DNA of 64,000 bases from Pelomyxa schiedti (lineage: Eukaryota; Protista; Evosea). The DNA lies in the NCBI GenBank assembly GCA_020536535.1, contig JAHLWZ010000751.1, positions 1 through 64,000 on the forward strand, written 5' to 3'. Of this stretch, positions 50,339 through 61,253 are shown in pieces; position 1 is the stretch's first letter, and every line of letters begins with the position of its first letter. Both the position numbers and the translations under genes were made by a program. The notes under the pieces were generated by a model. That model saw only the letters and a list, made by a program, of their open reading frames with translations, ran no database searches and had not been told where the DNA came from.

Positions 50339-53242
50339 ATGACGAGCACAACGCGCGGGGCCACGCCGACGACGCCGTCTTTGGTTGTCGCGTCGTGCAG
50401 GCGAGATTCACCACCACCGGACAGCAAACGAAACAACAACTCCCCCCAGGCCGAAGCCGAAGTCGGAGCCACCCCGAGCACCTGCTGCGACGGCCAATAC
50501 AACCTCAACTCGCAGCAGGCGGAGCACGCGATCGCCTTGCACGTGGAGAGGAAGATACTGGAGGAGCGGCTGGAGTTTGTGAAGCGAGAGCTCCTGTCTT
50601 GCCAGCTATACAACGCATCCCACTCTTCCGCGTCGTCCTCATTGTCTCAGTCCCAACTTCCATCACAACCACATCAGATGCAATCTCCGACATCGGCAGG
50701 AGACTTGAGTTCAGCAGCGACAACTGCAATTGGAACCGGGGGTGGCGCGGAAAGTGTGGTTCACTCCAGCCAAAATGGGGCTGATGGGGGGGAATCGGCG
50801 ACGGACAGGGCGGTGTTGTCAAAGGGGTTTTGGATTGACCACAACTTTGACATTGAGGACGACGTGTACAGTGACACTGATGCGCAAGGCGACTGGGACG
50901 CGAATGGCGCCTGGGATTCGGAGGAGCAGAGAGCCGTTCGAAGCAAGTACGATGTGTGGAAGAGATCGGTGGAAACCGAATCCTGGCTTCCAGGTTTGGA
51001 AGCTTCTAAATTCCTATTTTTTTTTTTGTTTGTTTCTGCATAGGCCTAAGAAAGCGTGACTTTACAGATGCCAAGGTAAATAGATGTTATGCGTGCGGAG
51101 CAGAGTTTGGATTGCTCATGCGTAGATATCTGTGCAAGTTGAGAGTGATATCTTCAAGTACTGAACTAATTTTTTTCTTAGTTTATGCCACAACACATTT
51201 TGTGATACATGTATGCAAAAGACATCCAAGGACAAACTTCTGTGCAACTCCTGTTTTTTAAGAACTAAGTGCGTTTGTACTCGTCAATTCACTTGACCTA
51301 CCAGTTTAGTGCGTCGATTGCCTGTAAAACCCCTCTGAACCTTTGCGTTATTCCTCCTACTCTTCAGGGTGAACCTGAGGGAATGCAAAATATCAAATTG
51401 TAGTAACAGCCAACTCTCAATATATAAATAAGGTATTGTACTCCATCTCATTGCAGTGTGAGAGGTACCCACAGTTGAGGGAGGAGACAGAGATGGAAAA
51501 ACTTTGGGGCCGAAGGCCAGGACTATGTAATATCGGCAAAGGCTTGGTTGTGGAAACGTCGAATAAGTTGCGGACCTATCACTCCTTTATTTGACACTGG
51601 TAATAGGTTTTTACTTGCTGGTTCCTCATTCAAATGCACGATACGGTGGGAAGAAGGCCAAACAAATCTCGTATTCCTACAAGGTGCTTCTATACAACAA
51701 GTTCACTGCTTACCTATTTAGTTTGTCTGTGTGGGTGCGTATTGATTGAAACTCCCACTGGCTACGAGAGACATCCTCTATTTACAACCAGTTGTCACCA
51801 GAACAGACTTCGTGTCTCAAAGAAAATTACACTCTTCGACGCCACCACAACACATACATGCTTGCCTCAAGGTTTGAACTCATTTAATGTAGCACTACAA
51901 ACGCCTCGTCATCTGCCTCCGTCACTCACTTCTTCTGATTGTGGTGGGGGTGCCAGAGTGGTGTATTGGGTTTCTGCTGTTGGGCAGTACTTTTGTCCTG
52001 ATGAAAACGTTGTATCCAGGGTACTGGCTCTAAAATTCCTGCTTCTCTGACAATGGTACTACAGGTATCCAAAGTTCGATTTGTTTCCCTTTGGAATCCC
52101 CAGATCCTGGCTCACCTTCCTCCAAATTTTGTTCATAAGTGCCCTTCTAGAGTGGATGTATGCGCGCTCTTTGATCGCGAAGGCGTTCTGGGGGCACACC
52201 AACTTATGCACCTTGGGATCCGCATGAAACAGACTGGTTCAACTAATAACATCTTTGGGGTAAGTGAGGGAGACGAGTTTGGGAGACCAAATTGCATTTC
52301 CCTCAGCGCCTCTTTGCCCAAAGTAATGTATTGTGCCGGTGATCTTCTCCCTATCTCATTTAGGTGTGTTCCACACAATATTTTCCTTAAGTTTGACCAG
52401 TTAAATACAGAGTTACCAACAACACAGCCAATACCCTGGTAACATGTGTCACACTGCTACTGCAGAGGATAGTCCACATACATACTCCACGCAGATACAG
52501 CTCAACGATGCATCCACTATGTTCTGCTATCATACCAAACAGCAAGGTGCGCCCAACAGGCGTCCTTGACAGTGTATTTGTTTGGGAGGTCCCAGCCACG
52601 TGCGCGCACCCTCCCACAATGCTCTGCGGAGACGGCGTTTTGAAAGTCCGGCATAACCTACAGATACAGGCAACATACACCAACGTAATCAAAAGGCCGC
52701 CTGCAGCATCTGAGCCGGATCATCCTGGATACAGCCCAGACCCATTGTCTACCGCGCCGGATTCGAAATCACCTTCTCCGAGACTCAGACCGTCACAATC
52801 AACACCGGTTCTGTCGGGGCTATCGGAAACCCCACACCAACGACTGACGTCATCACCCTCAACACCATATCTGTCAAAGTTGTCATCATCATTGCCGCTG
52901 TCATCCTCAACATCGCAGTATATCTATCCGAGAAGCTATAACTCAGAGCTTATGAGTGGGAAGTCCAATTCCCTGGCCCCCTCCCCATCTACACCCTCAT
53001 ACACCAACTGTGATGGTGATCTAGTTGGCAGCATTCAACTTACTATTATTCCGGGTCACTATGTATGTCTCTCTGTTGCCCAATTATTTCGCACTCTTCC
53101 TATATTGAAACTAATTTTTTTTACCGTTTTGTTCCCAACAGGGGCAATTAAACTATGGTGGATTCCACCAAGGTACCTAGGCCAAGCCCATCTTTTTGTG
53201 CTTTCCTGCTATTCTAGTCCACATCACTTTGTTTTCCAGTAG
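50339..53242 (+). CDS. FYVE-like zinc finger plus arrestin-fold protein (3' end uncertain)
   Basis: CYACGAEFGLLMRRYLCKLCHNTFCDTC..LCNSC; arrestin-C-like ISLSASLPKVMYCAGDLLPI, VTNNT, WEVPAT..PPT..GVLKVRHNLQI. Confidence 0.7.
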
Positions 53243-53385
53243 AAAAAAACCTCTTTTTTTTTGCTTTGTTTATATTCTGGTTCTTCTGGCACCACAACCC
53301 TGCGTGGCAAGAGAAATGCCTCCGAGCAGATCTTAGCGGATCTGGTGAGTGCCTGTTGAAGGATCACAAAGAAACCACAACAAAG

Positions 53386-55442
53386 ATGCGAGGGTGGAGT
53401 GCCGTGTCGGTGAGATTGAGCGTGCCGTCGTCGTCGTCGCATTTGGTGTCGCAGGTCGGCGCCGGTTGCATCTCAATCGGCGACGACGTAGGCGGCGGAG
53501 ACCCCGGGTCGCTGGTGTGCGGCTGCGGCGTCGCGATGGACTGCACGGCGGCGGGCGCGGCGGCGGTGTCCTCGGCGCAGAGTTCGCCGCGGCGAGCCCA
53601 GGTGCTGGTGGTGACGTGCGCGGAGCTGTTTGGGCCCTGGCTGCGGCGAGAGGAGCGGGGCCCCGCCGAGAACGAAAGCGGAAGCGGCGGCGGGTGGAGC
53701 CTGTCGGGGGGAGTCCGGGTGCACGTGGGACGCAGCGGGAGCGGGAGCGGCGACGCCAATTCGGCTGCCAGAATGGGGCAAGATGGAAAGTGCGGCGGCG
53801 GCGGCGGCGGGAGCGGCCGGGAGAGGGGAGAGAGGGGGGAGGACAATCAGCAGCACTGGGCCGAGGCGCAGCTGGTTTCAGTGAGGCTGTTTCAGGATGT
53901 TGCCCAGACAATTGGTCGCTTGTCGCCTCTGCAAACTGCGAAGGGCTCGGTTTCGCTGGCACCTACTGGCAGCAGCGTTTGTGGAGGCGTGGCTGTTCTG
54001 ACCCTCAGGAATGACTGTGAGGACAGAGGTCTGTCACTTCTTGGTATACAGCCTGTAGATGAACACTCTATTGGTCCAGAGCTTCGAAGTTTACAGTCGG
54101 GACAACGCGTTTATTCTCTCGTTGCGCCTTACTCTCTTGCTCTGCCGGGATTACTTTCTGGGCTTATGGCGTCTGGGATTGTGGCAAATGTTTTAACTGG
54201 TGATAGTATGCTACCATCAACACCCTCTCAATCCGGGAAGATATCACCAACCTCTTTCATTGTTGATATATGGTGTCTTCCAGGGACTGAAGGGGCTCCA
54301 GTTTTCAGCCAGACAGGAACTTTGTTGGGTATCATGTTGCAGTCACTTCACACGCCCCTCCTTACTGCTGGAAGTAATACTACCAGTGGAAAGGAAGCCA
54401 CTAAACCAAGTACCAGTGAACAAAGTGTGCATGGTCCTGGTCCTTTCAGTCTCGTGCTACCCATTAATAGATTACTTCCCAACCTCGCCGTACTTCAACA
54501 GACATCTTTCATTGACAAAATAATGGTATGCCTGTATTTGTAGCTACAATCTATTTAAAAATCTTCAGCTTGGAACTGTACTTGTTCTTGTGCACATACC
54601 ATTTGTGGATACTATCTGGGGAACTGGAGTGGTGGTTACAAAATCTGGTCATGTCCTTACCAATGCCCATTTACTGGCATTCAATTCTCACAAGAACTAC
54701 CAAGTTTCTGTTAGATTACCAAAGCCAGGTTTCAAGCTTTATTTTTCTGTCAGCACTCATTCTTACCACTAGATGGAAGACATATTTGGAAGAAAGCTAT
54801 CCCTGTCTGGGTGTCCCGGCAGTCGCACCGTGATATTGCTGTATTGAGAGTCTTGGATATTACAAATGGTGAAGATGATTTGAATGTCGTACCAATTACT
54901 CAGACTGCACCAACTCTTGGCTCCCACGTAATCGCCATAGGCTACCATACTTTTCCACCACATTCAAATATTTCAACTCCAAGTTGCACAACTGGCGTTT
55001 TTGCTAAAATGGTAGTTCAACTTTTACTTTCCATTTGACATCTAACAACTATCAGATACGTGATCCTCAGTCAGGTAAAGATGTGATGTTTGTGATGTCG
55101 GGAATGCTCCATGGTGGTTCCAGTGGTGGTGTTATAGTTGACGAGAAGAGCGGGGAAGTATGCGCACTGATTGTTGCCTCGGTACACCTGAATTCTATCG
55201 CCAACAGTGGAACGGTGTTTGGGGGTGGCAATGTTGGTGTAGGAATGGCACTTCCTCTGTCTATTGTATCCGCTGTTGTGAATATCTGTAAAAACAGCCC
55301 AGCTACTGCCCCTGGGGACGCGGCCATAAGCACCCAGATATCATCCCTCAACTGGGGCACCACACTTCTTGAAGAGACAGTTTGGGCCTGTGGATCGACT
55401 CCAAAACCACCTTCGAATTCCGCACCGAGACCCAAACTGTGA
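53386..55442 (+). CDS. TYSND1: TYSND1/DEG15-like peroxisomal trypsin-type serine protease
   Basis: Degenerate first trypsin-like domain DIWCLPGTEGAPVF; second domain with triad LTNAHLL / DIAVL / HGGSSGG; C-terminal PKL (PTS1-like). Confidence 0.8.
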
Positions 55443-55566
55443 ATTTGAGCTCATTGTACTGCGAAGGTGCTTAGCCGCATGAACAAAAAACCCAAAAACA
55501 AGTAAAACAAGCCACAAGTACAAAAAGCAATAACACTCTGAAGTATCATTGTTGTGTGGTTGGGAT

Positions 55567-57150
55567 ATGTCGCGACTTGGCGTTGAAATAAAGGAGTTTT
55601 CTGTTCGAAGTTCCACTGGAGCTCCATCTGGCGACGAGGGAGCGTGCCACTTGATAGGCATGATTACCCTCGAGTGCGATGGCAACCCAATGTTCCTGGC
55701 AAAGGCAATTTTGTTTGTTGGCATAGAAAAAACCACCTCACAATCATGTTCAGGTTCCAATGGTTACTGAGAGCATTAAATTGGGATTTAGACAGTTCAC
55801 GTGTATTCCCCATCCAAAGGTAACTTTGACACCCTTTACTTGGCTTTTAAAAAACCAAACCTCCAGGACACACTAACAATGAAGGTCTTTGTGGGTGATA
55901 CACCCCTTGGCTTTTCGCAAATTTCCCTGACCCGGTTAGCTACTGGGTCACTTACCACTTCTTCAAAATTGGGAGTCAATGAGGAAACAACAGAATCGCC
56001 ACCCTTCCGGAAATTTGGGTCATCATTCTATTCAAAAGGCTTTGGAACTATTTCCGTGGAAATGTCCGCTCGCTTGGTTGGGGACCTTCCACATAGCTTT
56101 GCCTTGTTGACTAATACCGTAAGTCTGCTCGCGCTTGCCTGCGGTTTGCACCCGAGACTTGGCGAAAACAGTGCTGTCAGCCTTATCACCCCAATGATTC
56201 TGCGTGAGTGCATCGCCGCCCAACTTTTGTGCAAGCCATGCACTCCTGCTGGAATTGCCCAATTGACTATTGAAATATCCGAACTGAGGAAAAATACAAG
56301 AACATCACGGCAAGACCGCGCCACATGCTCAGCAATCATTAAGTACATTTCATCAATAAATCTAGCTCCTGTGAGCAGCACTGCTCAAATTGCCATTACA
56401 GCCCCGTATGATGATGCACAAGGCAGCGTTGATATTTATGTTACAGCCTCCCATTTCAATAACCTGTCAGCATTAAAAACAAACTTTCCTCAATCCTGGG
56501 ATTTGGTTAGTACCTATGGCGCCCAGGCCGGTTTGGATTTTTCACTGGGACATGACTATGGGGACCCACAACCTGATTTTTATTCGTACTTAACAAGCAA
56601 TTTGCAAGCAGAGATTATGGGGCACAAAATGCCTTCACTGCATTCCAAGTTATTCTTGGAGAACCTCTGTGGAATCGCCTTTCCAGTAGCTGGCAAAATA
56701 GGGATATCCATCGGACCTCGTCTACTCAACATGCATGTTTCTCTTCCCAGACGGGATTCCCTATTTGCGGCCCTGAGGGTACTTTTCAGCTCTGATGTCA
56801 ATGAGCTATTCCCCCAAATTCCAGTAGCATCAGGGTTTACCAGATATGAACTGTTTGCCACCTTCCGACCAGAAAACAAATTCTCTCATCCCTCACACCT
56901 CTCAGTCAGGCTCTTTTTCCCTCCCGATGATGTAACTACTCACGGACTTGTTACTGCCTTGCCTCCAAAAGTGAATGGGCCAATGACACTTCCAAACACA
57001 AGAAGTATCAGAATTCTTGGATTATCAGGGCTGTTCAGACGACCTGGGGCTGTGCAGCTGGAATGGAAGACAACATCCTTCAGCCCTTCCCCAGAAGGCA
57101 CAAGGTTTGTGTGGCTTTATGACTTTCGTGGAAGCAGTAGAGGAGAGTAA
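55567..57150 (+). CDS. hypothetical protein with possible N-terminal C2-like domain
   Basis: 449-aa ORF; DTLTMKVFVGDTPLGFSQISL resembles the end of a C2 domain; carries the LALACGLHPRLGENSAV motif of a type seen in amoebal hypothetical proteins; start uncertain. Confidence 0.6.
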
Positions 57151-57215
57151 TAACAGAAGAGACATCGTCACTCGTTTTCTTTTGTATAAACTACAGTTTT
57201 TTTTTCTCAATTTAT

Positions 57216-58533
57216 TCAGCTAGAGTTTGGTTTGTGATTAAACGCATAGGAGCACATTGCCATCATATTTGAATCAGGAGTACCACGTGGGCACTCACAT
57301 CCAGCACCCACTGCAAACCTGGGGCCTGCCTCGCGGTGACAGGCTGCAACAGCGGCTGTGATTTCGGCTGGTGTGGAATTCAGAAGGGTTCTCACTGGAT
57401 CCACATTGCCACACAGTGTTGGTTTGGCCCCAAGGTGGGTTCTGGCATGGGATAGCGGAACACAGCTGTCCAAATCAACCAGTTCACACTGTACAAACTG
57501 TGTACCACATGCGGTCACAATGTGATTCGTATTGCCACAGATATGGAGCCTAACCCTGGCCCCCATGGAATGGAGTCCATCAACAAGCTTTTGTTGAGCC
57601 GGTTGAATAAGGCTCTTGTATAAGCGGGGTCCCACTAGTGATGAAGAAGCATCTCCCACGCCAATCCAATCTGCCCCAGCATCAATTTGTGGCTTGGCAA
57701 ACCTCAGGCCTTGTTCAACCTTGACAATGTAAGTTCCAAAGACTTCACAAAAACCAAATACCAAGAAGTCAAGAAGCTGTTTTAACCACTCCGGGTCATC
57801 ATAGAGGTCCAACATAATCCTATTAATTCCCCGAAGGTCGCACGCCTAAATTGAAAGGTGAACAAGTAAACAACCCTCCAGGTAAAATCGATACATTAAA
57901 TAACCACTATTATCACGTTGCAATCCAATTCACTAATTACACCAAACCCTAAAAATACCTCGGCAGTAGGGCCCTCGACCCAGCCCTCCACGGCCAGTTC
58001 ATCGCCGACATTTGCCCTCAGTGCAGCAACTCCATCAATTCTGTCCCTCATTCTGGACCCAATCCGCAATGGATCCGGCGGTGACATCATCAGGTCGCGG
58101 AGTTTGGCTTTGTCCATCAGAAGTGACTGGTCCTCAATTAGGGCTGGGGGTTGGTCCTGGAACCACTGAACTGCTGCGCCGTAGTCTGAGGCCTCACGTG
58201 CGGGATCACTGATGGTAGAAACGTGGTCCAGGCCGTACTTCCTGGCTGTTTTGATCTGTGCATCCGCAAGTGCATTATGGTCTGTGGCATACACCTGATT
58301 TTTTTGGATATGGTTGGGTTTTGTTCGTTGGGTCAAACAAAAAAGGGCACTTAAGAACTCCACTCGTTCCTCCGAATCTCTCCAAGAAAAGTGAGTTGGA
58401 AGGCGCAATTTACCCTGTAGGGAATGCCGGCAGTATCAGCCGCCAACATCATCGTGATTGGAAGCAGGGGCAATCTGTCCACCGCATCATGCGCCCCATC
58501 CAGCATAGACAGAACACGGTCACGCCCCTTCAT
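57216..58533 (-). CDS. MtaA/CmuA-family methylcobamide methyltransferase (URO-D superfamily), 3 introns
   Basis: DRLPLLP, SDPAREASDYGA, GWVEGP..EA..LRG, QIDAGAD.IG.GD, LHICG, LCGNVDP, GAGCE.P..TP..N; introns 58295-58413, 57846-57958 and 57720-57761. Confidence 0.88.
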
Positions 58534-58804
58534 CCGTTGTAGCTTATGAGATGCAGATCGGTAAAATCCCTGGACGACTGGTGAGTTCCCGGGATGCGAA
58601 GTTATGGGCCACGACTACGAGCTGGCGATGTTCAGCTACGTCTCATAGATTCATTCTGACATCCTGCTCTCGGAACCAACTTGTGGTTCTGCCCTACTTT
58701 TCATTTGTCCCCAATTTTTACTTCACCGTCACGTACGTGGAGGGTACGCCCTCGACGGCAACAAACAAAAACCTCCCTGGGCACAACCAGCAACCCATAA
58801 GTGG

Positions 58805-60179
58805 ATGTTCCCGCTCCGCTACCCACTCAAAAACTCCCTCGCGCCGTGCACCCCCCGCGTCCCCCTTGTAATTACGCCCAAAGCAAGGCCCACCACCCCA
58901 TCCGCTGCCCCCCCAATTTCATCCACCACTTCAACCACACCAGCAGCACCGCCCTCCTCGTCATCATCGACATCAACAACATCAACATCAACGTCAACAT
59001 CAACAACCACACCAGCAGCAAATGCAAGCACGTCTACAACGGCTTCTGGAAGTGGAGCCGGCGTCGGGAGCAGACCGCTGTCGGCGTTGGAGCTCAGCAG
59101 CAGTTTGCTGGGCTTGGATTTGTCGGACGAGTGCGTGGCTGCGATGATTGCGCAGGAGGCGAAAATGACGTCGGACCGGGCAAAGGAAATCGGAATTATG
59201 GCTTACTTTGAGAAGTCCACCCACAGGCAATTTCTTTTTCTTGGTGCCCAAAATGGCGATTAAACTAATTTTAGTGTCTTGCTTCAGGAAGCAGATCCAT
59301 CGTAGATATGTTGCCAATGTGCTGAGGAATACCGTTGGCTACAACAGGTCAAAGGAAGAAGAACACTGCTACCGCATGAAGAGGTCCCTTTTTTTCCTTA
59401 CCAAATCAAATCAACCAATAAAGGCCAATAAACCATAACTTAGGCTCCAGGAGAAAGAGAAGCAGGCCTTACAGGTGGGTCACAGATTATCTGAGAGAAA
59501 TAGAAGCAGAAGCAGAGGTAGAAATAAAAGCCCAAGCAGAAGCCGAAGTAAAACTAAGAGTAGAAGCAGAAGTGGTAGTGAAAGTCGACACAAACACAGG
59601 GAGCCCAGAAGGAGCAAGAGTAGGAGCAACAGCAAGGATTCTACTAAGGAAAAACACAAAGAAAAAGGCAAGCGGCACCACAAGAAAAAACACAAAAGCA
59701 AAAAACACGATCACAAGAAAAACAGTGAAGATGCAGACTCCCCTTCCGAATGTGAACCAGCCCAACCTTCACAGAAACGCTACAAAATTTCAAGTTCCAA
59801 CCCAGCATCTCAGGAGGAACCCGATTTAGATAGGTGGAACCCTGGCGCTCATGATGACGGTTCCCCACAACACAGTCAACAAAGCACCACCAGTGGCTCG
59901 ACCAATTCTGATGCGATTGTCATAAGAACTTCGGAGAGTGAGAGTGAGAGTGAAAGTGAGGCTGGAGCAGTCAAAAAAAAGCACAAGAAACGAGAGGGAA
60001 AAAAGAAGAAAAAGCTCAAAAAGAAGAACCATAAGAGTAAACACAAACACAGGAAAAAGCACAAGCATCACAGCAGTGAGTGTGAGGAAGCTTCTTCATC
60101 AACTCCACCTAATCCCCCATCACCTGTAGAGCCTTCTCCGGCAATAAGCACACCCGCTGTCACTCCACATTCCAGCTAA
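58805..60179 (+). CDS. RS- and Lys-rich putative nuclear protein
   Basis: Ser/Thr-rich start, short helical core (RYVANVLRNTVGYNR), then RSRS dipeptides and KKKHK tracts; GT/GC-AG-bounded exons. Confidence 0.6.
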
Positions 60180-60318
60180 TTCCGTTTATGAAAATCAAAA
60201 ATGTTTTCTTCCAAACACAATTTCTTCCTTTGCCTTTTACAATTTACAGAGATAGAATATTCTTTGCCACAGATGAAGGCAGTGAGAAAACCAGCAAGGC
60301 CTTTGCCCTTTACTTCGA

Positions 60319-61074
60319 TCAACATACACCAGTGCGGCAAATTGGGCACCTCTTGCTAAGAACCAGCCACTGATCAACGCAGTCCATGTGGAATGAGTCA
60401 AAGCAAGGGAGAGTCCTCACTACGTGGCCGTGCTTGAAATCCTGCTGGCAAATGGCACACATTTGGCACTGGAGTACACTTCCTTTTGTGGATTCGTCCT
60501 CACCCCAGATAATCAGAGGCAATTGGGCCATCACATTGGCTGGAACTCCACAAGTGACAGGTTCCAGATTTTCCATCTGCTATTAGAGTGTTATATTTTT
60601 GTCAATGTTAAATAGCATTAATAAGTTAGAATTCATGTATGCCGAAACTTCAACAGCGAATCATAGTTGACCTACCTCATATGATAATTCTTGATCCGGC
60701 CAATACATCACGCCGTCCTGATTACTGAAATTACCTCCACCGTCCTCATTGCCTGTGGCTGTTGGAGAGTGAAACTGTACTACACGAGTTTGCTCCTGAT
60801 GAGAATTTGGGCGTCCATGATGCCGGCGTGTGAATAATCGCCTCCATTGCAGCATAAATTTCCTCCATAGTCTCACTATCCAACCTTTTACTGTTTGGTG
60901 TGAGGAATATAAGTTATTGTTTATCTCCAAAATAGTACGAGTCAGTGCAAATACCACAGTCCTTTTGATGCCCCACCTTGTTTTTTTCCACAATAAGAAC
61001 AGAAAAAGAATGGAGGAAGAGCAAATAAATACCTTGTTCCTCACAGAATTCACAAAATGCTTAACCCTCGCCAT
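60319..61074 (-). CDS. RING-H2-type E3 ubiquitin ligase
   Basis: CAICQQDFKHGHVVRTLPCFDSFHMDCVDQWLVLSKRCPICR; upstream LSYE..L..L motif. Confidence 0.85.
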
Positions 61075-61253
61075 AGAGCCCAACCAGACAAACGAACTAT
61101 TTTTTTCCCGTGCATCTTCGCGTCTGCTTAACTACGGCATTTTGTGAGGCCAATAAAGCTGAGTAATCAAATCAAAAAGGGTGGATGTTTGGTTGCCGAA
61201 AAAAACTCTGAAATTTTACATTTTGTGCGAAGTTGGTGTTGGTGTTGGTGGAG

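Noticed and set aside
57216-58533. True uroporphyrinogen decarboxylase (hemE), or bacterial contamination
   Set aside because: Lacks the RQAGR motif, has the HxC...C Zn motif, and contains spliceosomal introns.
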